From NCBI GenBank assembly GCA_046563655.1, contig CM102284.1, positions 3,224,001-3,288,000 on the forward strand: a stretch of DNA of 64,000 bases, in the 5' to 3' direction. Shown here piece by piece: positions 30,959 through 44,001 of the stretch (within the stretch, counting starts at the first letter, position 1; every line of letters starts with the position of its first letter). The notes below the pieces were generated by a model that did no database searches, was not told the DNA's origin, and saw only the letters and a program-made list of their open reading frames with translations. This stretch comes from Yuukianura sp. NJ FZ-2021 (Eukaryota). Both the position numbers and the translations under genes were made by a program.

Positions 30959-33900
30959 CTTTCGCTTTCTCCACTTTCACTTTCTCTTTAACCAAAAAAT
31001 CAACTGCTACTCTGTTCCAAGTTAAGTCGATGACAAATTCATCATTACAGCAATTTTTTAACTTTCCAGTTTTTTGTTCAACAAAACAATTTTTTTGAAG
31101 TGAGTCTGAAAAAACTGTCCCGAAAAAAAAGTTGAAGATTGAAGTAGCAGCGAAAGGGGGTTTGTGCGCCGTTGGATTTTGTGGTAGGTAGCGGTGGATC
31201 TGGTCCTATGTTCCTCTGTGCATTGGGATTACATCTTGTTATGTTTTGTATTTGAGGCGGAGCGCATGACTTGTCTCCGCTTCCATCACGATTCAGCCCA
31301 GGTGAAATGACGAACACCGCCACGGCCACCCCCACAGTCACCGCCACCAACGCCCTTTCTCCTCCAAAAATATTTCACTCGATGCACGCAACAATGCACT
31401 CGAAACAACTTGCTACGAGTTTCGATTTGGAAATACACCAATCTACTATTGAATTGTTTTTAGGATGTATTTTCACCAAGTCCGAAAAGTAACATATTTT
31501 CTGTCGTAATTTTTAGGAAAGATAAAATGAAGAGAAAATGCTTCCTCGAAATTGAAAATGTTTGAAAATGGACAAAGTAGAAGCCGAAACGTCTAAAACT
31601 GATGGCGGAAAGTCTGTGAAATGCAAAAGATGCCATATTCAGAATGCGTACCAATGTTTTTTTTTTTTCAAAATCAAATTGTAATTCTGTCATTTGGGAG
31701 GGTATGATATGGCATATTGCACGAGAACGCGTTATGTGCGAGAAAATACGGTAAATCAACTGCTTTCACTCGAATTTCTTGACTTTAAAAAAGTCTGTCG
31801 TCCAAATCAATTTGAAGCAAATGATTGTGGCTTTAAGCGTTGCTGCTTTCCTCAATGTCATAAAATTTCCAACGTTCTGAGAAAGTATTTGATGTTTTGT
31901 TGATGAAGTGTAATGATACGGTTCGTTCTTCACTAAATCTGCCCCACTCGGTCTAATTTGAAGGAAGCGGAAGGGGTAAACAGTAATCATGTTTGTGTGG
32001 GTTCGTTACAGAAAGTTTGCTAATTATAATTGTAGGTTATGAACAAGGAGACTTAATCATAACCCGCTCACAACAACTTAGAATGGCTGCTTGATGAAGG
32101 TATGGTTCCTTAGCAGCCCTAAATCATCATGATATCCAACAATCAAGAATTAAACCGGATTCTCCTCCATCTTTATTTCCTTCATCAACGCAAACTCTAC
32201 TGCCAATCAGTGTTTGTTAGGCCTAACCGATTATTTCATGTAAAGTGTTTCAAGGTTTTCACAATGTTTTGCTTCGTAATTGCAAAACAGCTTGAGGAAA
32301 GCTACTCGCAACATGCACAATTCCAAAAAAATGTTGCAATCAAGGCTAGGTACAAATGTTTTAGATGATTAACAAAAATCAACAACTGAACTTAAAAATC
32401 ATTATTTCGAATTCATTAAAAAAGTGTGGTTTTACACCATCAGAAGTTTGCTGGTGCTCGAAAACGAAGTCCCGGAGGCACCTCCCAAACTATTTTCTAA
32501 GTTGAAAAGAAGCGCCTTCGGTCTTGAAAGAAGGGAAGATCAATGGACTTCATAAATTGTTCGGCCGAACTGAAGAAGATCCAGAAGACTGCTGCAGCAT
32601 CACAAGCATCCAGCTCTTCCCATCGATTTTTTGTGAGCGTCTTTTGGAGTTCTGGAGATGAAAATCCAATGTCAATAAATGTCACAGTTCATCTTGGGAG
32701 GGAGGGTCTAGACAAGAAGTAATTTGGAGAAACCTTGTCTTAATTAAAACCAACAGAAATCAACACCTATCCTATTTCACGACTTTTGGAATTCATGAAT
32801 TTTAAGTAATAACAAACGAAACAAAATGCGAACAAAAACTTCGAAATTTCAATGTAAGATAGCTGGGATTAAACCAAAACTTTTTGAACTGGCGTTGAAA
32901 TCTTACAAAATCTCAAAATCCAAAATAGCTTCAACTTTTTTCGCAGCCATCTATCGTAGCTGAAATTTCCAAAACAAGTGGAAATACAAGTGTATGAAGA
33001 CCATTTTTTTATAAATTGTGTCCAATGTCGTGTGCCAACGTCGCTTGTTGTGACAATAGGAATTGTGAACCACTGAGGTCTTTAAAGCTAAAGTTGTGAA
33101 GTGAAGCGGCAGAGAGACAATGGATGGACAGCGTCTGCGTCATGCGTCGTGCCTCCAGCCCTATTCTTGAATTCTTGACGCAATCCTAGTATAGCTTAAA
33201 TGGGTAATTGGTTTGAGCTTCAAGGAGCACGGGGTCACGTGTCGCCTTCAACTGTGTGAATAAGGCTCTCTGACATATTGTTGTCACTGCTCAAAATTCC
33301 ACTTCAACAATAAGGTCGCGTGTGGATTTCCAGCCCATGAGACTTTGACTAATTTATTTAAGCTGAGAGCCAAGAATTGATGAATCCTAAATGAATTTCT
33401 AAAAACAAGCTTGCAATTCCACGTAATTCTGTTTCTGGCAAAACAATTTTCCTAAAGTAGAATTTTTTTGTTCGAAATTTTCAGATTCTCAAAAAAATGT
33501 TGCTCTATCTGAAGCCAGTTTCTTCACATAGAATTAGTTGAGCGGCAATTCCTAGTAAGGGACCCTTAGAAACGGAGACTTTGTGGAGTAAGTGCCCAGC
33601 CTACGTCGTGTGAAGGTGTCCTTTGATCTAAAGAAAGGGAGAGTGAAGGGTGCGGTTGAGGTCAATAAGTTAGGTCAATGGTCATCTCCTGTGTCCAACC
33701 TCTCAATTCCAAAGTCCTTCGGCCTTTCTCAGAAATTCAAACCGAAAGTGAGAGTGTATCAGCGGGGAGCCGACAGTTGAACAAAAAGTGGACAAAGGGG
33801 TTAAGACAAACCGTTTTCCCACAACGCGCTCTTCTTTTCTCCAGTGTTCTTCAGAAATTTCGAAATTTTGACTTTGTTCTAAATTCCATGGAAACCGAGA

Positions 33901-34037
33901 ACAAGGATTCTTCACCCCAAACCAATTTGTAAAAACGGAGACGTTCGCAGAACCACCACTATTACGGCTCGTTACGACGACGCTCATTCTGCGGAGACAC
34001 AAAATTGTGCTGCCAAATTCAGAATTAAAATTGAAGA

Positions 34038-34476
34038 ATGTCGTTGAATGAGGAGCAGATCAGTAATTATGACGACTACAAGGAGCGTGTAGCTGCTCTG
34101 GAGAGTGCAGGACCAACCAAGGACCGGATCGTTTTCTTGTTTCGGCCAGCCGAAGGGGGGCCCATTGTCTCCGCTCTGGAAGGAGTGAGGAAGAAGGGCG
34201 TCAATGGGACACTTATTCACGTTCTCATCACTAAGAAGGAATTCGCAGATCGCGACTGTCCTTACAAAACTGACGCCAAGTTCAAGGTCAGTCTCTGGCT
34301 AACATTCTAACTTGAAGGGAAAAATTTGACCTGAAGTGTACCTGCTGTAGGTGACTGACCTTCCGTTTGGAGTGGTGTTCAACAACAAGTTGACCTTGGG
34401 TCGCAACATGGTCCACAAAAAGATTGTGGGAGAAGCTGCTTGCACTGAACTCAAAATTGCGGATTTGTTCAAATGA
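34038..34476 (+). CDS. Thioredoxin-fold TXNDC17/TRP14-like protein, 124 aa, lacking the CxxC motif
   Basis: Exons 34038-34286 and 34351-34476 (GT-AG, phase 0), AATAAA near 34598. The C-terminal half EFADRDCPYKTDAKFKVTDLP...KIVGEAAC..IADLF resembles TRP14 (WKDP.CPFR.D..LK.T.VP...L.E.EC...V.MLF) by eye. Confidence 0.7.
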
Positions 34477-37400
34477 AGCACTTAGCTGCTCGTCCAATAC
34501 GCTTCGACTCGAGTCAAATTTGCATTTTTTTTTTTCAAATTCTATAGCCTAGCTTGAATAGTTCAAAACTTTTAAGGAAGCTTTTCCAAAGCTTTGAATA
34601 AAAATTAAAGAATCCTAAACAAAACATATACGCGACCATTTATTCTTATGAAATAATTTGTAGGAAAAATTAGCAAGCTTTTGTTTATTCGTTTGACGAA
34701 GGAAATCCATGGAGGTTTTCATCCATCCATTTTCATCCATCATCCATCCAGAATCAGATTTTCAAAATTTCAGAATCAGAAGTTCAGAAACAACAGCACT
34801 GAATACTTATGTAATCCGACCTTACAAATGACATAAACCTAAGGTTTAAAGAAGCTAAAATGTAATGGAATTTCTACTTTCACTTCTGTTTGGCCCAATA
34901 TTTAGTACTAATTTGAGACGATGAAACCAAAAAGTTGACGATTTGCTCACCGCAAACATAAATTCAAACGGATCCAAGGTTTATTTTTGCCAATTCTGAT
35001 TCCGTTCCTATTGCAGTGATCTTTTGAATAGGAACAATGGGAAGTTGTTTTTGGAAGGGAAGAGACGTTTACATTGTGTGTTCAAATGGAGGCTGGCACA
35101 AGCGAGGTCCCATAGAACCGCCCCTATTCCTTCCACAGCCACCAATGGAAACATGGCAATCTCGCAGGTTAGGTTACCCTAACATAACACTGCATTCTAC
35201 AGAGATCACACAAGGAAATGGAAGATTCAAGAGGGCTTTGGCACTTTGGACAACGAACAAGACCCCAGAGAGTCAATCACTTCCATATTCCAACAATCAC
35301 CAATTGTTCTTGATCCACTCGGAACAAACTCTAATCCGCAGAGTTGTTCACAACACAATGGAAATTCTTCAAGAGTGACCAAATCTCAGTTTTTATGTTA
35401 GAAATACCAAACAACTATAAATTCTAAAAGTGTGGAGTGAAAACATTTCATCGCAAAGAAAATTTAGAATCCAACTGAAGAACTGAAGAATTGAGAGAGA
35501 GAGAACTTTGCGAAGTTTGACAGTTTCGTGCGAGTGAAAGTTGAGCTTCAACGCCATTAAACACAACTTTTGAATTTGGTTTGACAATTCATCAAATGAA
35601 TATGAAGGTACGCCATTCTCGATGTTTCTGTTTAAAATTTCAATTTTTTCATGTCCTGCTTATGTTTACAAGGAAAGATTACTTTGAAAAGAAATGTAAG
35701 CCTAGTGTAAAAAATTGTTCAACGCTTAGAAAGTTCTTCTGAATAGTTTCGAATTAAAAATTAATGACATTGATGGTGACGTATTTTCATTTAAAATTAA
35801 GAATTTCATATAACTAATGCGCTTTCCTGCAGATTTGCCGGTACTCTTTGTCTTAATTTATACTAAATTTTATGTTACTAAACTAAAAAGAAGCTGAAGC
35901 ATTTCGCGAGGTTAGATTTTAGTGTTTTTGGTCCCATAAATCCACTGCAAATAAATGACATATATGGTATTGAGCATTACCATTGACATCGGTATGATGG
36001 GAAAGTTGTGAAGGTAGACAATGGAGGTGACATGGTTACATGACGATTCCATGTAGCCCTTAAGTGCGGGGCTGCTTTTCATCGGAACAAAGTGAACAAC
36101 ATCAACTACATTTCCATTGACACCCCAACAAGCACTGCAAAAGTCAAACAAATCCGGCGGAGCAGATGCACAGTTCACTATTTCTAGGTTTTTGAGGTTG
36201 AAGGCCTCCCTTGAACAAGAAAAGCCTCTGTCATGCCCCAAATTTGTGAAGGGCTCTGGTTCCCAAGTGACCAAAAATTGACTTTTTACGGAAGTATCAT
36301 GACCCTACCCACAGGATTCCAAGTCCCCTTGGTCCTTTGTCCCAATGGACTGGAGGACAATTGCTGTGGAGTGGAGGGACTTCATAAAGGACTGCTTGGA
36401 TAATGGGCCACAGGGTCACGTCCCTTGTCACCTCAAGGGCCATGTCACCTCTATGACACACTGCCCAAATCCATTGTAGGATGGGAAAGATCAAAGGGAT
36501 TTGTGTGAACGAGGGTTTTCAAGGGCTGGAGCCCTTCGTCCTTAGTCTAAATAGGTTCTCAAAGGGATCTATTGATCCTACGCCCCATTTCTACATTTTG
36601 ATTCATAGCAGAGATCTCTGATCTTATTGTACTTCGTTCTGTTTTTCATGGATCATTGACCACTTCACCATTCGCACGCGATCATTTCACTTCTCACTCC
36701 ATTGTTCCACCGAAGTCAAAAAAAAGTTGCACTTCTGTCGAAATTTTCAAGGAGCCAAAATCTACGATGTTGTACACCTCAAGGGTGAAACTGAACGAAA
36801 AAGAACAAAAAAATTGGTCCATCGATGGATTTTAACGTAGTAAATCCCACTTCTGATCAAGGTTCCTTGACAATCGAAATACAACAAATTGCATTTCCTA
36901 CAGCAGGTTGTCCAATACCTCACGATTTCCAAAACTCTCTTACTCCAAAGAGCACCAATTCTGCACCAATCCCATTTACATTACACGTAAAAAATTACCA
37001 TAGACAGCCAGATTTTTTTAGACAAATTTTAAAACTTCCAGTTATTGGACAACCTGGTGTAGAAAAAGTCTTTTTTGTTTGCGAACCTTAGTTCTGATTT
37101 TCTTCTGTCGATTTCTTCCAGCACTGGGATGCCAAAAATTCTTTATCGCGTAGATTTTGATTTGATTTTTTTACAACACTTAGATTTTAATTTCATTTTT
37201 TTTGAGAAAGTTTAAATTAACTTCTTCAATTGGATTAAGTTCTGGAGTGTACAAGATTTGAGAGGATGGCCGTGAGGGATTTAATTTAAGAAGACAAAGG
37301 GCGAGCGGTGTGTGTTCCGAAAGCGGCTCCCTTGGACTCCACAGTGATTAATTGTTGATCTCCAATTAATATCGCACGTTGAGTCCACAGCTCTCGAGGC

Positions 37401-38042
37401 ATCAAACACCAAAACAATGGAAGAACAGTGTGAAAATGAAGGCAAACGGAGACAAGCCAGGAAGATTAGATGCGATGGATGCTACCGAATGCGTGTAAAT
37501 TGCCGCACATCTCGCACTGGTCAGCAGGGGAGATGGAGCCGACAGATGGAAATTAACAAAAAATCAATTAATAAATTTCGTGAATTAGATGATCATACAC
37601 TCATGCTTTGGTTGTCCTGCTGCGACAGACGAACGTGTGAATATTATGGTGTGAAGTACTCTCAATATTTTGAGGGCCCCCTTCCTTCCTCAAGTCCAGA
37701 CGCGTGTACTGGACTGATGGAAATGTGAAGGAGGGGGTCCTTCAGCCGCTTACACGCAACATCACTTCAACAATGAAGATGAGCTACTTCCAACAATCCC
37801 AAAGTCTGTAAACCAATATGCCCAGTACTTTAGATTTTAACTTCTCCAAGGGAGGTTTTAAGGGCCCAGTTATTTGGAAAATTATTAAAATTTACAAATC
37901 AAGGGCCCTTGTAAAGCTTTAAAGGGCTGAAAAACTCCAATGCTACGCTAGTTAATTTTTATTTAAGCTTGGGTCGATTTTTTGCATCTACATTTGAAAA
38001 ATTTCACTGACAATTTTTGATTTTTTTGTCTTGCGGATTTAG

Positions 38043-41000
38043 GTTGATGCAAAGTGCTCAACTTGCTTGGAGAAAATTTCAGACAGATTTTTGCTACAGG
38101 TAAATTTTACAAAAAAAATTTTCAGCGTCAGTTTGACATTTGACTTGTGACAGGTCAACGGGATGCAGTATCACACTGATTGCCTTTGCTGTTTCATCTG
38201 TTGCACAAATCTTCAGTCCGAATCCAGCTGCTTCTTCAGAGAAGGCCAAGTTTACTGTAAAAATGACTACTACAGGTAAGCAATTGTCATTTCAAAACTA
38301 CTTTTTAATGGGCATAACTCAATTTAGTTACGGACTTGAAATCTTGGAAAGTAGAAATCTCCAAAGTTTTGAAATTTGATCGAATCGCTTTCAGCCTTAA
38401 AAAGGTTTTTCCAACTTTTGTCAAGCGTTTGTTGTTGATTTTAACAATGGAGAGCTCTGAAGTGGTTGGAGTCGCTTTATTATTCCCTCGTTGCTTCTTT
38501 GAGGAAGCGGTGTTTTGATTGTCGTAAAAACATTTTGATAAATGAAGATTCCAGCCACTGCGACAATGAAACGATGAAGGGGTGGTTGGAAGGACTAAAT
38601 GTTGTTGATGGAATAATGCACTCCGAATAGAAACTCACCTGACACTCCGAACTTCCATTGTGACCAACATGGTTTATGGGCCAAGTGACCTCCAGAGGTC
38701 AAATCTGGGCGCCGGAATGCTCAAGTGTGAAGTATGGAGAGACTTGGTCACAATTCAAAGCCATCTTGATGACACTCTGCTCAGCGGACAGTTTTCACAA
38801 CTCTTTCAAGGGCTTCTTTTCAATTTTGGTTTTCAAAAGGAGAAAGAGCACAATGCACATTCCTCGCATTTCTTCCCGGAGTGACACTTTTGTTGCGAGT
38901 GGTTTTATTGCATAATTCCAAATATGAAAAATTAGCCTAACAATGGAGTCATATTTGCTCACAAACATTTTTCATGACTGTAAAAACTGGTGAGGGGGAC
39001 GGACTTTTTTTTGGATTTTCAAAAAACATTTAACACAAAATTTTTTTTTGAATTTTGCGATGTGTCACTATCACGCTTGCACAAATTTTCATATTTTCTG
39101 TTCCAAATTGTAAAATGTCGATGCCATTCAAAATTTTCGGTTTGTCTACCCTAAAGTTTTCGACTTTTTTGCATGTCAGTGAGATTGCAACAACTTTTGA
39201 ACGGAATTGAACTCGTAAAAAACATTTCAAAAATTCTATCGCCTGAAAAGGAGAACGTGTAAGAAAAAATGCGGCGTATGGTGCGAAATAGTTTTTGAAC
39301 GGGAAATACTGCCAATGTTAAAGTGAAATTCTAAATGTTGATTGGCATTTGAATTGAGTGGACAAGGATCCCTTTGGTGGTTGACAACCCATCCCTGCAG
39401 AGTAGTCACGGAAATGGTTGACTTGGCACAAATGACTTTCAAATCAATTCGCAAGATGTTGTACAACACCATGCTGCCTATTACATGTCTCTGACCTTTG
39501 ACCTCGAATGTTTGTCGTGGTTAGGCTAGGCGGAAGGGTTGTGTGGTTGCTATGTTGGTAGCTGTCGTTGATGAGGGTTCGGAAGCCTTCGGAATGAGTG
39601 ATGATGTTGCTTTTGACACCCATTTAGACACGCTACCTTAATAACCGTCCTGGGACACCAACACTCTCCCTTCATCACGCACATCTTCGTACTACTATCA
39701 AGGGACCATCTATTGACTTCCAAGTATCTTCAAACCACACCGCAATCACAACCGTATCCAGGAAATCAAATGAAGGGACTCGGGATGTTCATAAATAATA
39801 AACTCCGCGACTAATCACTCCCGGGACACAAGGGCTCCCTACTTTTAAGGGATTCTCGCTTCATTCTTAAAAAAAAAGTTCTCTTCATTTTTAAATATGC
39901 ACAGTATGCATGTAAATTATTCGGAAACGCATTTTCGAGTTTCATTTTGAAAACGCGTTAACTATAGTAATTCCACTACATCGTATCTACTAAACTAACT
40001 TTCTAAGCTAAATAGTATTACTTTCACGCTCAACTTCTGCGAACGGTGTAAAAAGCTGTACAAGCACAATGATCAAAAAAGAATTCAATTTCAAAATCGG
40101 TTTTCGTGCAAAGTTTTTAGAAGTTGAATGGAAACAAGATGATTGTACGGATGTATCCAAGTGACAGCTACATGTGTAATGACATTTGTAGCCCTTGGAG
40201 AAACACTATTTACCTTGTCATTTGGTAGTGATTCGGAGGGGACTTTGTTCAAATAGCACAAGCACACATGGGCCCTTAAGTCTATTAAACCAGTGTTCAG
40301 TTGTGCACAAAACACACAGTATACACTAATGGAATCAAGGCAAAAAGCTCCTACTTTCCCCATTTTGGAAAATTCTAACTTTCTCCCTCTCCCTACTCTT
40401 TCTAAAACTTCCTCCGTTTGTTTCCGTTCCACCGCACATTTATTCTGCTGCTGCTGGGTTTTGTGCTGCATTTGGTTAATTTGTGATAAAGGAGTAGTTG
40501 TGCTGAATCTGCATAATTGGATCAATTGGTACAAATACAGCAGATCGCTCTGTTCAAACCTAATCCACTTTCACTCAAACAGCAAACCCCATAAACAGTT
40601 TCAGCCTCCATTTCCATCAGATTGTCAAAGGAATCTCTGAATAGACACAAAACATAGTCTCATCCTTTGTCCAATCAAAAAGTAGCACACAAACCCTCCA
40701 AATCCTCAATCAAAAATGATTTCATGATTTTTTTTAGCTTGAAGAGTCGTAAGTACCCAACTGTTGCCTTCTCTATTCTATGTAAAGAAAATGATCAAGT
40801 GGTAAACTGATCCATTTGGGGAACTTGTGTTCTGTTGGACAATAATAAATTGATTGTCATTACAACACAAAAATTCGGTTCTGAAGGTGTAGGGTGACAC
40901 TAAAACCTTAGTGTGTCACTGTCTTTGACAAAAAAAAGCATAGGTGACCTCCCACAACGACGCTGCTGCAGCGTCATCCACATAGGGGAGGGGACTTGGG

Positions 41001-42935
41001 GTCATCGAAGAGCATGGTGATTCACTAAAAAAAATTTGAAACCTTGATCCAGGAAGAATCAGAGACACCATATAAATCCGTGGTCACTGTTTCTTCTAGT
41101 CACCAAATCACAAAAGTGTCTCTTCATCAAGGGACATAAGGGACATGGATAGTTTTTTTTTCACATCTACCAGCATGATGTTGCAGCTCTTTTTCCCCCG
41201 TCAGTCTCTGGTGTCAAATGACGACTTTGACCTCAGAGGTCAAACTGCAGCAAAAATTCTTGGCTCTCAGGGTGTCACCTGAGTCATCGTTTTTCCATAG
41301 AAAATGTCTCTATTCACTAACTTCCATCGGAGCATAAGGGCCTGCTTGTTGCACAATTTCAGGACAATGCATAGTCTATTCTTCAACGCCAGCTATTTCT
41401 ATTTCCATTTTAAACCTGATTCTCATTGGGTCGAAGTGTGAAAAAACAGCATGAAAGCTAAACGGTGTTCAGTTTATGCAAAATGTATATTTTTTGAATT
41501 CTGTTTTCAGGACGTTTGGTACAAAGTGTTCCAAATGTACACGCTGGATCACTTCCTTGGATTGGGTTAGGCGTGCCCGAGATTCGACTAGCCTGACGGA
41601 ACAAGTATATCATTTGGCTTGTTTTGCCTGTGAAGTATGTGCTCGGCAGTTGATCACTGGGGAGGAATTTGCGCTGTTTGATCAGCGAATTCTGTGTAGA
41701 ACTGACTACCAGCGACTGGTGGAGGGCATATCAGATGAATCAGATGGTAAGGATAGGGAATAAGTTGTAATTGAGTTACGTCGACTTTCTCCTACTTCCG
41801 CCTCAGTGAACTCTGTTCCTTTCCCCTCCAATGAAAAAATGAAAAAAACAAACAGTCTAGATGTAAGTTTTGTTCAAAATGGATGTTCATGTTTTGCAGA
41901 CAGTACGAATGAGGCTGACCCCAGCAGTGGAACTTCCAAATCCAAGACGAAACGCGTTAGAACAACATTTACGGATGAGCAGCTACAGGTTCTTCAGGCG
42001 CAATTTAGCATGGACTCCAATCCCGACGGGCAGGTGAAAGTCACAAACTTTTCTCAAAGTTTACCTGCGAAAAGCTGAAAATTTCGAAAAACAAAGGTTC
42101 AGTTGTTGCTTTCTTTTGCAGGATTTAGAAAGGATAGCACATATCACTGGACTTTCGAAACGCGTGACACAAGTTTGGTTCCAGAACTCCAGAGCTCGAC
42201 AAAAGAAAAACAACAACACACATAAGAAAAGTATGCATTTTTTTTTTACTTTCACGTCCTTTGTGGCATCTTTCTTTTAAACTTTCCAAAAAAACTAGCA
42301 AAGTGTAGCTTGTTACCATTCGAATTCATTGAGTTGAATATGGATTTAGTTGTGTGGAAATTGTAATCCTTTAAGGATTAGTTGGACCACGATGATGATG
42401 GTTTTAAATTTGAAGGGACCACGTCCCTGCGTTTATGAAAATGTTGGCCACCCGAGAAGAATGTAACCGCAGGGGCCCTTAATTCTGCAAGGATGACTGT
42501 TCCGTCCCTTCCTCATTAAGTACCCCATTGTCTGTCCATATCCACCTACACTGTAAATTCTATTATTTCCATAATCCACACAACCAACACCAACATAACT
42601 ATTATGTTATGTATTTATACAATAATATAATATGTATGATATAAAATAGCTTTCTTCGGTTTAAACTTACTGATGCGTTACAAGAGCACAAAGGATAAAA
42701 AATGAGTGAAAGTTGTTTCTATTGTCAATTTCAGGTGCAGCCCAGCCCTTCAGAAGACAAATCAACCTCAGGCTTACTCCTGGATTTACGGGTACTATTT
42801 TATATCGGAAAATCAAGAATTATGACAATGTGTACAGATGAAATGCATTGATTATTTTCAGATGTTTGCATGGACATCAGTTCATCTACATCACCGTATA
42901 ACCCGCATTCGGCCCTCTGCATCTCAGAATCCTGA
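38043..42935 (+). CDS. Awh: LIM-homeobox protein Arrowhead, paralogue 2; start exon not located
   Basis: Exons 38043-38099 ([16 protein letters not shown]), 38154-38275 ([11 protein letters not shown]...YCKNDYY), 41511-41746 (LIM2), 41900-42033 and 42122-42230 (homeodomain), 42735-42791 ([10 protein letters not shown]), 42862-42935; all phases join in frame. Confidence 0.92.
39492..39504. promoter_or_regulatory. Perfect DR1 nuclear-receptor element TGACCTtTGACCT in Awh paralogue 2 intron
   Basis: Exact consensus match; function not demonstrated. Confidence 0.4.
41226..41244. promoter_or_regulatory. Palindromic everted nuclear-receptor half-site pair TTTGACCTCaGAGGTCAAA
   Basis: Perfect 9-bp arms around one base; a similar TGACCTccagAGGTCA occurs at 38686-38701. 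Confidence 0.35.
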
Positions 42936-43252
42936 ATCCAAAATCATTTTCAAAATTAATCCGTTGGTTAAACGCGATAGAATATTTATAGCCTTAAATT
43001 CCCCGAAATTCTGTCAACGGCTTTAACTTGCTAAAAAAAATCGTGTACTATTGAACGGTAGTGTAAATGTTGGTGAACAGTTCCAAAATGAATACTTTAG
43101 CTAACAGTTAATATTGATATGAACAGTACTAAATACTTAATAAATATGGGCTTGCACACTCATGTTGTAGTTTGTTGTTAATAATAATAACAGCGCTGAT
43201 TACCGCAGGCATATTAAACGTTTACTCATCTTGAACGTTTTAACCGCACCTT

Positions 43253-43687
43253 CACACCTTGTAACTTTCAACAGAAGGACTTTTGGAAAAAGTCAGCATT
43301 AGGCTAACAAATTCACTATAGTGCATTTTCCTTTTTTATGGAAGTTTAAAAAATTCCAAAATATTGATTTTTCAAAACACCATCACACCTTCTAACTTTC
43401 TACAGAAGGACTTTTGGAAAAAGTCAGTATTAGGCTAACAAATTCACTACAGTGCGTTTTCCTTTTTTAAGGAAATTTAAAAAATTCCAAAATATTGATT
43501 TTTTAAAACACCATCACAACTTCTAACTTTCACAGAAGGACTTTTGGAAAAAGTCAGGATTAGGCTAACAAATTCACTAAAGAGCATTTTTCTTATTTAT
43601 GGAAATTTAAAAAATTCCAAAATATTGTTTTTTCAAAACACCATCACAACTTCTAACTTTCCACAGAAGGACTTTTGGAAAAGGCAG
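43253..43687. repeat. Tandem repeat, ~131-bp unit, ~3.3 copies
   Basis: Units begin at 43253, 43384, 43515 and 43645 (CACA.CTT.TAACTTTC..CAGAAGGACTTTTGGAAAAAGTCAG...). Confidence 0.95.
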
Positions 43688-44001
43688 ATTTTAGTTAACA
43701 ATTAACCGTGACAGCACGATATAAAAATCGACTTCCGGTGAAAGCGTTACCTTATTTTCAGGCTCCCTGTATTCTTTACAAGTAGAATTTGTTTCCAAAT
43801 TGTTTCAACTGTTGTCGCAACATGTAGTTTCCGTTCACAACCGCTTTTTCAATCATTGACTTCTGTTTTCAGTTTTCAAACAAAGTGTTTGCAAACGTAA
43901 CGTTTTTGAGCAGTTTGTTTGGCAGGAACTGTGGATCCACGCGTGGATCGATCGAGCAACACCCTTTTATTTTTGCATTTCAAAGTGGATCAAATGTCAA
44001 T

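Noticed and set aside
32497-32685. Exon-like minus-strand segment upstream of Awh1
   Set aside because: Short ORF with no ATG start or family motif; may be UTR or lncRNA but is unsupported.
35037-37728. ORFs of 60-120 aa between the Awh copies (35037, 35912, 36825, 37417)
   Set aside because: No domain motifs or consistent splice structure; checked for the missing LIM1 exon, which was instead found at 38043-38275.
40091-40640. Overlapping 147-aa and 115-aa ORFs in the Awh2 intron
   Set aside because: Low-information translations on both strands with no recognisable homology.
43253-43687. CRISPR-like array
   Set aside because: Whole units repeat with no unique spacers, there are no cas genes, and the DNA is eukaryotic; the same applies to 56619-56810.
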